From the IMG/VR virus record IMGVR_UViG_3300025326_000025: DNA of 64,000 nucleotides; one strand, given 5' to 3'. This DNA comes from a virus. Below are positions 1 to 11,200 of the stretch, in pieces. Positions within the stretch are counted from its first letter, which is position 1. Every line of letters begins with the position of its first letter. The notes beneath the pieces are model-generated. The model did not search any database. It saw only the letters and a program-made list of their open reading frames with translations, and was not told where the DNA came from. The translations under genes and the position numbers were made by a program.

Positions 1-102
1 TCCGGAAACCGATATGTTCTTGTAATACCAGACGCATATGGTGTCGGGGGTGAGTGCATAACGGCAACGGACACGGAGACCGAGAGCACCCAGCACCGGG
101 GA

Positions 103-306
103 ATGAGCACCGTCTGGACCCGGAGGGAGAACATCTTCTTCCTCAAGGCGGTCGCCACGGTGCGCGGGGACGAGACGCTCGACGCGACCGTGACGCATGT
201 CCTGGATCACTACCGGTCGTGCGCGCGCGGCCTCGATGTCGACGTCATCGGCGGCAAGAAGCGCCTTGAGGCTCTCAAGCAGTTCCGCCTCGTCTCGGCG
301 GAGTAG
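103..306 (+). CDS. Hypothetical protein (67 aa)
   Basis: Compact helical-looking ORF followed by a hairpin and T-run. Confidence 0.6.
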   Translation: MSTVWTRRENIFFLKAVATVRGDETLDATVTHVLDHYRSCARGLDVDVIGGKKRLEALKQFRLVSAE

Positions 307-336
307 TAGGGTGATCCCTCCGCAATCCCATACCCG

Positions 337-376
337 CCGCGGCTGTCATGGGACACGCCGCGGTGTGGACTTTTTT
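337..376 (+). terminator. Hairpin plus T6 tract
   Basis: CCGCGGC-TGTC-ATGG-GACA-C-GCCGCGG (337-363) followed by TTTTTT (371-376), downstream of ORF 103-306. Confidence 0.5.
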
Positions 377-413
377 CCTCTGCGATGTTTCAAATACAGG
401 TCATACCATATAG

Positions 414-935
414 GTGCGGATGAGCGGCGACGACGCGGACACGGCAAAGCCGGGGATTAGACGAGCCTCCTCATACAGAGGGACCGCTGGACGACCTGAC
501 GAGGTCGGCACGTCCCGGTCCGAGCCGGAATCGGGGGAGGACGCCCAGGTGGGGGTCGCACCCCGGAGCCTCCGAGACGGCGTCGCCGCCCCATATATCC
601 GCGATTTCCGGTGTAATCGTTGCGGTGAACTTTGTCAGCCATTCTATGGTGAGAAGAACACTTGGACTCATGTAGATTGGAGCAAACCCGTTGACCACAA
701 TCCCGAGCCGGATTCGAGGGACATTAACGAGCGCATCCGCGCCCTCGAAGCGGAAGTCAAAGAGGCGAACGTGCAATCCGATTACAACTATCAGCGGTGG
801 CAAGAGGAAACAGCCCGCGCCGAACGCGCCGAGGCCCGCGTCGCGGAACACCATTCCGGCGGATATCCAAGTGTCTGTGAAGATTGCGATGCAACGCACG
901 GACGAAAGGCCCGCGAACGGGAGGAATCGCTTTGA
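414..935 (+). CDS. Zn-finger plus coiled-coil protein
   Basis: CNRCGELC..H and CEDCD motifs; RIRALE...RAERAEARVAE coiled-coil unit. Confidence 0.65.
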   Translation: MRMSGDDADTAKPGIRRASSYRGTAGRPDEVGTSRSEPESGEDAQVGVAPRSLRDGVAAPYIRDFRCNRCGELCQPFYGEKNTWTHVDWSKPVDHNPEPDSRDINERIRALEAEVKEANVQSDYNYQRWQEETARAERAEARVAEHHSGGYPSVCEDCDATHGRKAREREESL

Positions 936-1117
936 ACCGTGAATGGTGGGTCGACTGGATATGCGGCCCTGAACACAGGGGCGGGGGACTAACAATCGCA
1001 TACACAAGACGCGGCGCGCGACGTGAGGCGATTCGCATCGCAGAGTTACATACTATCGAACATGGAGGACACCTTCCGTCCTGTCTCGGGAATTCGAATC
1101 GTGTATATCGGCCGTGA
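932..1117 (+). CDS. Hypothetical protein (61 aa, TTG start)
   Basis: TTG at 932 overlaps the TGA of the upstream gene; GGGAGG upstream. Confidence 0.5.
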   Translation: MNREWWVDWICGPEHRGGGLTIAYTRRGARREAIRIAELHTIEHGGHLPSCLGNSNRVYRP

Positions 1118-1154
1118 ACCGGAGTGGAGGGCCCGCGAACGGGGGGAAGATTGA

Positions 1155-1373
1155 ATGGACGATGAGTACGAACGCCTCAAGACGGCCATCGACCTCTCCG
1201 CCGCGGAAGGCGAGCCGTGGGATGTGTTCTTCGCGCTTCGCGACCAGATCCACGAGGCTCGGCAGAGAGGCGACATTCCGTGGGACGTGGCCGGCGAGTT
1301 ACAATCCCGTCTCGAGGTCGCGTGGGAAACCGGACACGACGACGAGATGGAACGGCGATCGGAGGAGTGCTGA
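1155..1373 (+). CDS. Hypothetical acidic protein (72 aa)
   Basis: Helical-looking ORF; stop overlaps the next ATG. Confidence 0.65.
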   Translation: MDDEYERLKTAIDLSAAEGEPWDVFFALRDQIHEARQRGDIPWDVAGELQSRLEVAWETGHDDEMERRSEEC

Positions 1374-1522
1374 TGTTCTACTGCGAGGCCTGTCGCATCA
1401 AGAGGGATTGGCCGGAAGGGTTTCTGCGATCGTACGGCCCGTGCGAACTCTGCGGGAAGATGGCGAACTGCCATGATGTCCCATCGCGTTTTCTCCCGAT
1501 CCCACAGGAGAGCGCCCGATGA
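1373..1522 (+). CDS. Small Zn-finger protein (49 aa)
   Basis: MFYCEAC...CELC...C; TGATG and ATGA overlaps with both neighbours. Confidence 0.65.
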   Translation: MFYCEACRIKRDWPEGFLRSYGPCELCGKMANCHDVPSRFLPIPQESAR

Positions 1523-2355
1523 CCGACTTCGAGACGTGGCTCATGTCCGAGAGGAATCTGCGTCCAGGGACGGCGCGCCTCTATCGCAGGTGCATGGACG
1601 GCGTCCGACGGATGATCGGCCGCGACCCGCGTCCGGATGACATCAAGACGGTCCGGTCCTCCATCCTCGTGCTGTCGGAGACGTCCCGCCGGAACACGCT
1701 CACGGCCCTCGAGCACTATCTCGCGTACGCTGGCACGCCGGTGGAGATCCCCGACAAACCGAACGGGCGTCGGAGATCCCCCGAGTACCTTTCCGAGGAC
1801 CAGATAGAGAAGTTGTTCTCAACGACCATGTCATTCGAGGAACGCGCCCTTCTCTACACTCTCTACTACGGCGCCCTCCGCATCCAGGAGGCGACGCACC
1901 TCGAGTGGAAGGATGTGACGCCCTGGGAGGGCAGAATCCGCATTCGGAACGGGAAGGGGGGCGGCGATGCCGAGGTGTTTGTCGTGCAACGGTGCGTCGA
2001 CGCCCTACGTGAACTGTGGACATACGAGATTGGTGACGGATGCGTTCACGATTATGTGTTCCATTACATGCGATTTATCGGGGGTCTCCCTGTCCCTATG
2101 CACCCGTGCAAGCCGATGACGAAGCATCGGGCGTACGAGATCGTCGTCCGCACGGGTGAACGCGCAGGGATACCGCTTCATCCACACATGCTCCGTCATT
2201 CGATTGCGACCGCGATGGTGAATCGTGGGTGCCCGCTCCCGTTCCTCCAGGCGCACCTCCGGCACGCGGACCCCGAGTACACCCTGATTTACTATCACTT
2301 GGACCGGCAGGCGCAGAAGAACGCGATTGAGAAGTTCATGCCGGGTGGATCATGA
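1519..2355 (+). CDS. Tyrosine recombinase/integrase (XerC/D-like)
   Basis: Catalytic set R (LRIQE), K (GKGG), H-x-x-R (HMLRH), H (LRHAD, in place of the usual LGH) and Y (TLIYYH). Confidence 0.95.
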   Translation: MTDFETWLMSERNLRPGTARLYRRCMDGVRRMIGRDPRPDDIKTVRSSILVLSETSRRNTLTALEHYLAYAGTPVEIPDKPNGRRRSPEYLSEDQIEKLFSTTMSFEERALLYTLYYGALRIQEATHLEWKDVTPWEGRIRIRNGKGGGDAEVFVVQRCVDALRELWTYEIGDGCVHDYVFHYMRFIGGLPVPMHPCKPMTKHRAYEIVVRTGERAGIPLHPHMLRHSIATAMVNRGCPLPFLQAHLRHADPEYTLIYYHLDRQAQKNAIEKFMPGGS

Positions 2356-2627
2356 GGCCGTTTTGGGACGACAAGATGATCGTCTTCGACGAGATGGGAC
2401 GATGGCGGCCACGTCGGGAGACGCCCATCATCGTCATCCTGTCCGTCCTATGGTCCGTCGCGATGACGCTCCTGTTCCTCTGGATGCTCGTTGCGGCGTC
2501 CGCGCGTGGATGGATCGTGATGCACTACGCGAATCGGTACGGCGAGGGGTTGATCGAGGTCGGTCTCCTAGCCATCGTACTCGGCGTCAACCTCGTCGCC
2601 CTATGGGTCGTCACGCGGAAGCGTTGA
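2352..2627 (+). CDS. Small two-TM membrane protein
   Basis: Two hydrophobic stretches; ATGA overlap with the integrase. Confidence 0.7.
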   Translation: MRPFWDDKMIVFDEMGRWRPRRETPIIVILSVLWSVAMTLLFLWMLVAASARGWIVMHYANRYGEGLIEVGLLAIVLGVNLVALWVVTRKR

Positions 2628-5304
2628 ACACGATCGTCAAGGTCTTGTCCTTCGTCAGGTCCCATCCGACGCTGTCCGTGTAGCGACCCTTCACCTCTCC
2701 AGCTTCCGTGTACTGGACAGAGTACGTGAGGCCGTACGCTGGCTTGTTGAATCGGAGGTACAGATCGGACGTTGTCCCGTTGATCCACCATAGCTGGTCG
2801 ACGTTAGAGGACCGGCGGTTCAGCAGCCACCCCTGGGATTCGAAATCGGTCGAGCCGTACCGATCATTCTCAGGAAGATAGTGGACGTAGAGGTCCGAGA
2901 CCGTGTACCGCTCCTTGATTTCCGCCCACGACGGAGGCCCAAGCGTCTCGATCCCGCGGCGGTTCTGTGTGATGTTCCAGTTGAGCTGCCCGGTCTTCTT
3001 CTTGAGGGCTTCGGCCTGTCCGGCTCCGCCGACGGCATTCAGGAAACCGTAATCCACCCATGTCCGGTCCGCGACCGTTTCGATCGCCGCGAAGCGGTAG
3101 TCCAGTCCGAGTGCACTCGGGTTGTCGAAGACCCCGAATACGGTCTGCACCGGCTCCAAGACTTCGATCAGGTACGGATTCACCTGAACCGCGCGTTCCA
3201 TGAGGCGCCTCCTGTCCCGGGGGATGCCGACTTCCGCGAAGGCCACGTCGAACTCAATGCCCGAGTTCGCCCCCATGTCGGTCCCCGCTTGGACCGCGAA
3301 GTAGTGCGTCCCGTCCTCCTTGAACCACGGAGACGGCGCGACGGAGTCCGATAGCAAGAGCCATTGTCCGGCGTTCCCGGATAGCGCCTGAAACATCTCC
3401 ACGGCACCGTCGTCATGACCGTAGCCGATGTACTCGACACGGTTCTGCTGGGCATTCCCGGAATCTGTGTACTTGCACCGGGCGACGACGAGGTTGAATG
3501 GGATTTGTGTGAATCCGCGCTCGCTCTGCGGGATGTTCGTCGGAATGGCGAATCGCAGGACAGGGCGTTTCTTGTCCGCGCCCGAGTTGGTCGCGAAACG
3601 GAAGAATCCGTCGGACTTCGAGAACGCGTCCCAAGACATGCTTATTGCGTCCGATTCCGACAGGATGTATACGGTCGACGCCTCCCACGCGCTGTCCGTC
3701 ATGTTCAGGCTGTTCCCGGCGCCGTCCACAATATGCGTCGTGAGACGTAGATCCATATGCCTCGGCGTGAAGGTCAACCCCTTGACGAAGATGTTCTGCA
3801 CGGCGAACACCCACCCACTTGCGCCAAGGTTCCTGAAGAACGGGGACGTGGAGGACGATCCCCAATCTCCGACGACGGTTGGACGCGTGAGGCTGGTGTT
3901 AGAAATGGACGTCACACGTGGGGATCCGGTCTTGAACTCATGAATCGATATCTGCTTCAGCAATTCGGATGTCGAGTTGTAGAGAATCCCGTCAATCATC
4001 TGCTCCGGGATGGACGCCAGATTGAACGTGTAGATTGGATGCGCCCGAACAGCCACGGGCAATACGGCCATGATTGTATCGCCGCCCGTACCTATCTGTG
4101 CTGCGGATGCAGAATACTCCGTACCGACGGAACTGAACGTCTCGAAGAAGTCCGAGAAATTGATGAACGAGAACCCAGGGTAACGCGATGCAATCTCGTC
4201 CTGTTGCTGCCTCTCCTTGATCTCCGTGATGACGTCGGCCAAGAGCTTGACCGTCTCCTTCGGAGGGTTGTCGAGCGTCAGGTTCGTCGTCCATCGGTCC
4301 GATGCGATCGCGTGGTTCACCCCAATGACGTTCCCGATGAACGGCGCCGCGAATCCTCTGGCCGCATCCGCAATCGTCACGCGCTTCCCCAGGAGGCTCC
4401 GTGTGTCCGCGGGCACCGTGACGCTCCCCTTGGGGAACGAGACGGTATGCAGCTCGAGCCACGTCTTCGCCCGTTCACGCGCTTGGTCGTAATTCCGCAC
4501 GGTCTGGTCTATGAGCTGCGCGTACGGAGGAGACCCGGTCCTGTAGTAGACCCCGCCGTCGCCGATGATCGTCACGCCGGAGACGTTGTCGGATCCCTCG
4601 AAGGAGATCTCGTCCGCGTTGATGTCCTGCCCATAGGTATACGTCACGCCCGAAGACGGTGCGGCCGTGCCGCGACGGAGAGTGCTCAGGTACACCTCGC
4701 TACCCGAAGGCCGCAAGAACACATCGAACCCGTAGATGTCCGCGATGCCGATGGCCGCGTCCCAGATGGACCGGTTGCCGTGGAATACGAGCGGCGCGTC
4801 CGGCGATCCCGGGTAGATGTCGGATGTGTTCAACGGGTCCCATTGGACGGTCGTCCCGTACAATAGGCCATTCGGGTAGTTGCCCTTGCCGTCCTGCGAC
4901 CATGCGCTCCCGTCTGAGGCGGTCGGCGATCCTGTGAAGATGGCCCCGAAGTCCCTGTCTCGGTGGACCGCATTGTTGAACGATACGTAGGCGTGGTCGA
5001 GCGTCGCGAGGCGCGTCTGAACCGACAGGAGAGAACGTCCGTTCGCGTCGACGCCCGCGGATCGCAGGATGATTGAGCCGCTGTGCAGTCGCGCAAAGGT
5101 CGACCCATCGGTGGATGCCGAGAAGACGACCGACTGTCCGTCGGAGAAGGATGCGGGATTCGTGTACTTTCCGTTCGTGTTCGCGAGATCGAACGTCGCC
5201 ACGGGACGCTCATTCGCCGCTTCGCGAACGTTTGCCGCCGTCATGTCGTGGGATACACTCTCCCCGTCGATGACGAGGCTGTACTTCAATATCTGCGTCG
5301 CCAT
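2611..5304 (-). CDS. Tail tip/hub protein (897 aa)
   Basis: Last gene of the tail block; N-terminal 350 aa resemble hub/GPD-type proteins (QAR-ERAK-WLE, GSVTVP..D..LLGK-V-I), followed by a coiled segment and a beta-rich C-terminus. Confidence 0.65.
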   Translation of the reverse strand: MATQILKYSLVIDGESVSHDMTAANVREAANERPVATFDLANTNGKYTNPASFSDGQSVVFSASTDGSTFARLHSGSIILRSAGVDANGRSLLSVQTRLATLDHAYVSFNNAVHRDRDFGAIFTGSPTASDGSAWSQDGKGNYPNGLLYGTTVQWDPLNTSDIYPGSPDAPLVFHGNRSIWDAAIGIADIYGFDVFLRPSGSEVYLSTLRRGTAAPSSGVTYTYGQDINADEISFEGSDNVSGVTIIGDGGVYYRTGSPPYAQLIDQTVRNYDQARERAKTWLELHTVSFPKGSVTVPADTRSLLGKRVTIADAARGFAAPFIGNVIGVNHAIASDRWTTNLTLDNPPKETVKLLADVITEIKERQQQDEIASRYPGFSFINFSDFFETFSSVGTEYSASAAQIGTGGDTIMAVLPVAVRAHPIYTFNLASIPEQMIDGILYNSTSELLKQISIHEFKTGSPRVTSISNTSLTRPTVVGDWGSSSTSPFFRNLGASGWVFAVQNIFVKGLTFTPRHMDLRLTTHIVDGAGNSLNMTDSAWEASTVYILSESDAISMSWDAFSKSDGFFRFATNSGADKKRPVLRFAIPTNIPQSERGFTQIPFNLVVARCKYTDSGNAQQNRVEYIGYGHDDGAVEMFQALSGNAGQWLLLSDSVAPSPWFKEDGTHYFAVQAGTDMGANSGIEFDVAFAEVGIPRDRRRLMERAVQVNPYLIEVLEPVQTVFGVFDNPSALGLDYRFAAIETVADRTWVDYGFLNAVGGAGQAEALKKKTGQLNWNITQNRRGIETLGPPSWAEIKERYTVSDLYVHYLPENDRYGSTDFESQGWLLNRRSSNVDQLWWINGTTSDLYLRFNKPAYGLTYSVQYTEAGEVKGRYTDSVGWDLTKDKTLTIVFNASA

Positions 5305-5306
5305 CG

Positions 5307-8048
5307 CTACACCTTCTCCTCATCCGCCGGGTTCTTGTCCCGGACTGTCACGTCCATCTCCGCTCCGCAGCCGTGAAGGTAAAGTTGACCGATCCTTACA
5401 AGTCCTGGTTCTCGGCGACGGACGGACTTCTCGGTCAGGGACACCTTCGTCTCGTCGGGCGTCCACGCCTCGAGGACGTTCACGAGGCGCTGGAGGTAAT
5501 AGGCAGCGAGACGTTCCTTCACGAGTCCGGCGGGGGCCGCCGGATCGCGCCATCCGTCCTTGAACAGGATCGTAATCTTGAACGGGTACGTTACGAAGTG
5601 TCCCTCGTAGTCCCTCGAGACGAGGATCCTCGGCTGCACGCCGATGAGGATGCAAGGTGCGACGATGGGTCCGTGGTCGCGCGGAAGCTGGTATATCTTG
5701 AATCTCGGGAAGGAGATGGCGAGGTTGAACAGCGTCATGAGCACCGGATGGGGTTCGTCCGACGCGATGATCGTGTCCGCCATCGGACGGATGTATGTAT
5801 AGGACGAGACGAAGACCCAGTTCGGGTTGTTCCCGTTGTCCGTGCTTCCGATCGCCTGCATCTGCGCCCCGCCGGAGGCATCGGAGTCCTTCGCGTCCAC
5901 GTTCGAGGCGCGCCCCTCGAACCCCTGCGCGTTCAGGAGCCACGGCGTCGGACTGGACGACGACCGCAACGTCAGGACCTTTCCAGCGTCGGCCGAGATG
6001 ACGGATCCGGACGCGAGAGTCCATGTCTTCCCTGCCGTGACCTGCATCGTCACATTCACGGTGGCGACGAGGTCCGCCGTCGTGAAGTCGGACGTGAAGT
6101 CCTTCTGGCCCGCGCCGGTCAGTTCGACGCGGGCGAAGACGTTCTTCGTGCCCGTGCCGCCGATGGTCTGTGTCGAGCTGCCTGAGAGGCGAAGCGTGGC
6201 GGCGAAGGACCAGGAGGCGGAGGTGGAATCGTTCGTGATGTTGCCGGATGATATCCAGAATCCTCCTGCCGAAGATGATATGAATCCAGAGACACCGATA
6301 GTCAGAGTTTGCGTGACTGTTACAAAGAAAGTTCCAGAGATGAGGGAGCCGGATATCGTGATGTTTCCGTTGGCTTGGACATCGGAAAGAAGCGTTATGC
6401 TACCAGAGAAAACGGCGGTTCGTGTAGATGCACTCAGGGATGTGGAAGCATTTGTCTTGAGAGTTTTTCCGACTCCTGAGAAGGTCGTTGTGAGTGCGAA
6501 TGTGATTGTAGAATTTGGACCGGAGACATCGACATTTCCGATGTATGTGATGTTGGTTCCGGAATAGACATTGGATGAAGAGTCATTTATGATGAGATCG
6601 TTGTGTCCAAGATTCGCCTCTCCGGTGAGAGACCCACCATTTCGGACTTCTATATTATATCCAAGATTATCACCACTCGTGAGTACGATGTTGCCACCGT
6701 CTACAAGACCTATTGTTCCGGAAACATTCCGGAGAGTTTCAGAACCGGGAGCTTTAGTATAACTCCCGGTTACTGTAATGTTTCCAAATTCATGAGTGCC
6801 ACCAGACCCCCTGACTTTGAATGTACTTGATACACCAGCCCAAATAGCCGTCGCAGCAGTCATTACAATAAGAGCAGAGGAATCCGAAGAGTCCCAGTTT
6901 CCATTCGTGGTAATGATACTATTGTTTGCTGTTAGCTTGCCTCTCGCACCAATAGTGACTCCACCAGCCGTGATTCCGAGATTCGATGTGCTAGTGTCCA
7001 GCGTGACCGTCCCAGTAGCGTTCGTATTCTTGATGGTCAGGAGACCGCCGATGACGAGGGCATTGGACCCCGCCATCGTATAGGAGAAGGATGTTACCGC
7101 CGCGTTTGGGTCGAATGTGACCGCGCCCCGGAACTCCTGACCACCGACATAGTTCGATGCGGCCCCGAAGGCCATCGTTCGCGCGCCGGTCGAGTTGAAG
7201 GTCATCGAGGCTTGGAAGTCCCAGTTCGGAGATGTAGAGAGGTTCGTCCATGTGCCCTTTGTAGAAAAGGCGCCGCCCGAAGATGCCACAATCCAAGAAT
7301 TGCCGGGCGAGATGATCCCCACATTCCCAACGACAGACACAACCGCTGCAGCACTCATAGTTAAAGCGCCGCCCCGTGTCGTGTCGGCTCCAAGCGTCAA
7401 TCCTCCGCCGACCACAAGGGTGTGATCTCCGACCGAAAGAGTGCATATGGTGGACCCTCCCTGCGCCGTGTGAAACAAGTCCACGGTTATCGTAATATCC
7501 GTCAACAGAGTAAGAGTCGAACCCGTCGGAAGACCAGTCGTAAGGAAAGGAAGGGCGACCGTAGAACTGAGAGAGGAAGTTCCTCGGAATGTCAGACCTG
7601 CTGGTGTCCCTCCCGTAATGTCAACCGCTCCAACAAACAACTGACCCGAAGCCGTCATGAGTCCGGAGGACATGCTTAGCGTGTTGCCCACGATGACGAA
7701 TGTATTCCCACTAGGACTGAATGTGCCTCCGTTGATGATGAGATTAAGAGCTTGGACCATACGTAGATTCACAAGCGGTGACGCAAAAGTGCCAGAAGAT
7801 AGAGTTACAGTTCCCCACGAATTTGAGAAACCTTGGTTCACCGTCGTCGTGACGGTGCTGTTATATCCGGCATTAAAACTGACAGTCGCCAACGCGCTCG
7901 ATGGGTTGATATCCCAGTCGCATGCCGTGTTCGATGTCCCGTCGAATACGATGTCCTCTCCCGATGCGGGCGTGTGCCCCTGCGACCAGTTCCCGGGCGT
8001 GGAGGCCTTTCCATCCGCGGACCCGTTCGTCCAGGTGTTCACGACCAT
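5307..8048 (-). CDS. Beta-helix adhesin-like protein with a C-terminal tail-completion-like domain (913 aa)
   Basis: WT.G....S...NW..G..P..G.D..F start; long G/S/T/N-rich solenoid; last ~165 aa are globular and resemble 28144-28611. Confidence 0.65.
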   Translation of the reverse strand: MVVNTWTNGSADGKASTPGNWSQGHTPASGEDIVFDGTSNTACDWDINPSSALATVSFNAGYNSTVTTTVNQGFSNSWGTVTLSSGTFASPLVNLRMVQALNLIINGGTFSPSGNTFVIVGNTLSMSSGLMTASGQLFVGAVDITGGTPAGLTFRGTSSLSSTVALPFLTTGLPTGSTLTLLTDITITVDLFHTAQGGSTICTLSVGDHTLVVGGGLTLGADTTRGGALTMSAAAVVSVVGNVGIISPGNSWIVASSGGAFSTKGTWTNLSTSPNWDFQASMTFNSTGARTMAFGAASNYVGGQEFRGAVTFDPNAAVTSFSYTMAGSNALVIGGLLTIKNTNATGTVTLDTSTSNLGITAGGVTIGARGKLTANNSIITTNGNWDSSDSSALIVMTAATAIWAGVSSTFKVRGSGGTHEFGNITVTGSYTKAPGSETLRNVSGTIGLVDGGNIVLTSGDNLGYNIEVRNGGSLTGEANLGHNDLIINDSSSNVYSGTNITYIGNVDVSGPNSTITFALTTTFSGVGKTLKTNASTSLSASTRTAVFSGSITLLSDVQANGNITISGSLISGTFFVTVTQTLTIGVSGFISSSAGGFWISSGNITNDSTSASWSFAATLRLSGSSTQTIGGTGTKNVFARVELTGAGQKDFTSDFTTADLVATVNVTMQVTAGKTWTLASGSVISADAGKVLTLRSSSSPTPWLLNAQGFEGRASNVDAKDSDASGGAQMQAIGSTDNGNNPNWVFVSSYTYIRPMADTIIASDEPHPVLMTLFNLAISFPRFKIYQLPRDHGPIVAPCILIGVQPRILVSRDYEGHFVTYPFKITILFKDGWRDPAAPAGLVKERLAAYYLQRLVNVLEAWTPDETKVSLTEKSVRRREPGLVRIGQLYLHGCGAEMDVTVRDKNPADEEKV

Positions 8049-8051
8049 TCG

Positions 8052-8291
8052 TCAGTCCTCCCTGACCGGACGAAGGGCGAGCGCCGCCAGGACGCCGAAG
8101 CATACCGCGATGGCGGACCAGCAGATAATCCACGCGAGCCAGATGTCCGTCTTGATGCCGAAGGGCCACCAGTAGTAGTTCCGACCGAGGGATCCGTACC
8201 AGTAGAAGACCTCATCGGCCGTGACCATCCAGGCCCCGGCGAGGAACGAGACGAGCGACACAAGGTACGTGCGCTTCATGGAGCGTACCAT
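8052..8291 (-). CDS. Small two-TM membrane protein
   Basis: Two hydrophobic, Trp-rich segments; tightly packed between tail genes. Confidence 0.65.
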   Translation of the reverse strand: MVRSMKRTYLVSLVSFLAGAWMVTADEVFYWYGSLGRNYYWWPFGIKTDIWLAWIICWSAIAVCFGVLAALALRPVRED

Positions 8292-8292
8292 T

Positions 8293-11200
8293 CTACTCCT
8301 CCTCCCCCGACATGCTTCGACGCAGGAATGTGAGTCGTTCGAACAGCACGAACGTCTGACCGACGATCTGCTCCGCCGTGACAGCGTCCGTGGCGTTGAT
8401 GAGGTCCGAGAGGATCACGAAGAACAGTCGACCCGCCAGGACGCTGTCCCCCACGCCAACCGCGTCGGAGAGCTGCCGATACAGGATCGCGGACCGGGAC
8501 ACATCGTCCGACACGCTGGCCGAGTCCGACAGAGACCGGAGGATCTGTAAGAACATGATGAGATCGTCCGTCACGGCCAGCGTGTCGGAGAGGGCGCGCG
8601 TGTGCGAGAACGCGGCGAGGGTATGGAGGACGTCCGTTACCACGATGTCATCGGACAGGGGTCTCGTCCCGAGGAAGACACGGTGAAGGTCATCCGATGT
8701 GGCGATGGCATCCGCCAGGAGACGCCCGAAGATGATCTGGAAGGGCCCCGGAGAATCCGTCGCGGCGATGGCATCGGACAGGAATCGCTGGAACAGGAAT
8801 CCCGCCAATATGCCCGGCTCTCCGACGGCGACGGAATCGGAGAGGGCGCGGATGAGATTCGCGATCCGAAGCGGCGAATCGACGACCGGGATGTCATCGG
8901 AGAGCTGCCGGAGATACTGGACGATGGCCGGCGCGAGTTCGTCGGTAGACCCGATTGAGTCGGCCAGGAACCGCCAGAACAGGAGTCCGACGAACACGGT
9001 GTCCGTGACCGAGACGGTGTCCGACATCTGCTGCATGATGTTGAAGAAGTGCGTGAGTTCGTCCGCGACCGGCTGCGTGTCGGCGAGGAAACGCAGGAAG
9101 TCGATGGAGGGCGTCCCGGTCGCGTCCGTCACGGCAATGGAATCGGACGGAAAGGCGAAGAACGACAGGAACCGTAGGATATCGTCCGCCGTGACCGCGA
9201 TGGAATCGGAGAGGATCCGATCTGTGATCCATGCCCGGAGGAGTTCGTCCGTGACGATGATCGAATCGGACGGTGTCCTGAACCAATCCATGATTCTTAG
9301 GATATCGTCCAGAAGGGCGACCGAATCGGAAAGCAGACGACTAAACACATTCCCTCCCGCGCCCGCTGGGTGTACCGCTACGACTGTGGCCGTCCAATCG
9401 TCCGATACGGAGATCGTCCATGATCCGGGATTTTCGGATGCGGCGTTGAGAGTTCTTTGTGCTGCGGCGACGCGGCAGTTCGTCGCGGTGAGACCGGCCG
9501 TGCCGGAATCGGCGCCGAGTGGACTCGAATAGTCCGTCGGGTTCCCCGCCGGGGGAGATGTCTGTTCGCCCTCCCAACCCCCCATCCACAGCCAGAGGTA
9601 GCTTTTCGCGCCGCCCGTTGGCGAAAGCGATCCCGGATTCGGGGCCGCGTCCGTTCCGGTGACGAGCGTGGCGAACTCTGGCGCTTGCGTGGACGGGTTC
9701 TCCGCGCCGCTGATGCGGTAGGCGATGGAGGCGAACTTCGAACTCGTCTGCGTAATTGTGATGGTCGCTCCCTCTGTTCCGTCGGCTTGCCTGTACCAAA
9801 GGGAGATGCGGTCGTTCGATCCATCGGAGTCGTCGTTGAAGAGGTTCGTCCATCCCCCTCCGCTGACGGCATGCGACGTCGTATTGCTGGCGCTTCGATG
9901 AAGGACGAGGAGGAGGTCTCCGGAGACGATTCCACTCGGCAGATTCACCGCGGCATTCGCCGTGGCCGTAGTCCCGTTCGTCGTCGCGGTTGTCTCTACG
10001 ACGGGCGCGCCGCTCAGGACCGCCAAGATGCCAAGATCCTCTACGTCCACGGAGTCCGATAGGTTCCGGAGTGATTCGAGAACGCGTGCGATCGAATCGG
10101 TCACGCTCTGCTCGTCGGACAGCGCCCGAAGTAAGGACAGGGAGGAGACGACAGAATCTGTCGTCGAGACCGAGTCGGACATGTCCCGAAGGGTGTTCCA
10201 GGCGCGCAGGAGGTCGTCCGTGACGACAATCGAGTCGGATTGCGCGCGCTCGGCGATCCATGTCCGGATCATCTCGTCCGTGACCGTCACGGAATCCGAG
10301 GCGTCCCGGAGGAACGCAAGGAGAGCGACCACATCGTCCGTCACGCTCGCCGAGTCCGACAGGGACCGGTCGAATGTGGTACCCCCGGCATTATCCGTGA
10401 AGGCGAGCCAGCCATAGTAATCCTGAGTCCCAGAGTTAAGCCATGTGAGTGTAAACCCATCAGAGTTCAGTCCGGTCAAATCGGCCTCATTGTCTTCTAC
10501 GGGGGTTGGACCGCCGGCCATGAGTTCCAATACCCTGTCCGTGGCATGCAATCTATCTACCACAGTTGGAAGGACCGCGTCTCTCCCAACAATACCAGCA
10601 TATCCTTCTTGTGTGCCATCTGTAGATGTGCCGGCACCAATGCCAAACTCTTGATGGTCCACGATAGAATTTGGGGCGGTGGTTGCAGCGTTAGTCGCAA
10701 ACAGAACGCCTTTGGGCTGGAAAGAAAGACCCGTTAAGGTGTCTGTGGTCCCCGCGGGTTTTTGTCTGGTTCCCGCGTCCCATCGACCTCCCTTCAGACA
10801 AAGGAACATGGCCGTGTAGGAAGTGGTGGGCGCATCGAGAATGCCGAGGGTGAAGCCGTCTGTATCGAAGGTATCGAGATCAAGGAGGGAATCCTGAGCA
10901 CCATTGACAGCGAAACTATGTAATAGGCCATCCGTCCGGAGGACCTTTTGCCAGTCCATCTGGGCTGTCATATTTGCGCCATCGTCAGCGCAAATGCTGG
11001 CGAGCCAAAATTTCGTATTAGAGACGGCGACACCATAGGAGAGCTTTAAATGTGCAGAAAAACTACCGGATGTTGTACTGGGTGTAGCGGCAATGGCGAT
11101 TATCACATCTGGCTGGAACCCGACACCGGTCTTTTGGGTCGATGTTCCAGTAGTGGGGATGGCATGGCTCACGACGTTTGCATCTGTCAGGTCTGCCCCG

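Noticed and set aside
1-2627. attP/attL/attR next to the integrase
   Set aside because: No tRNA fragment, core repeat or switch to host genes was seen on either side
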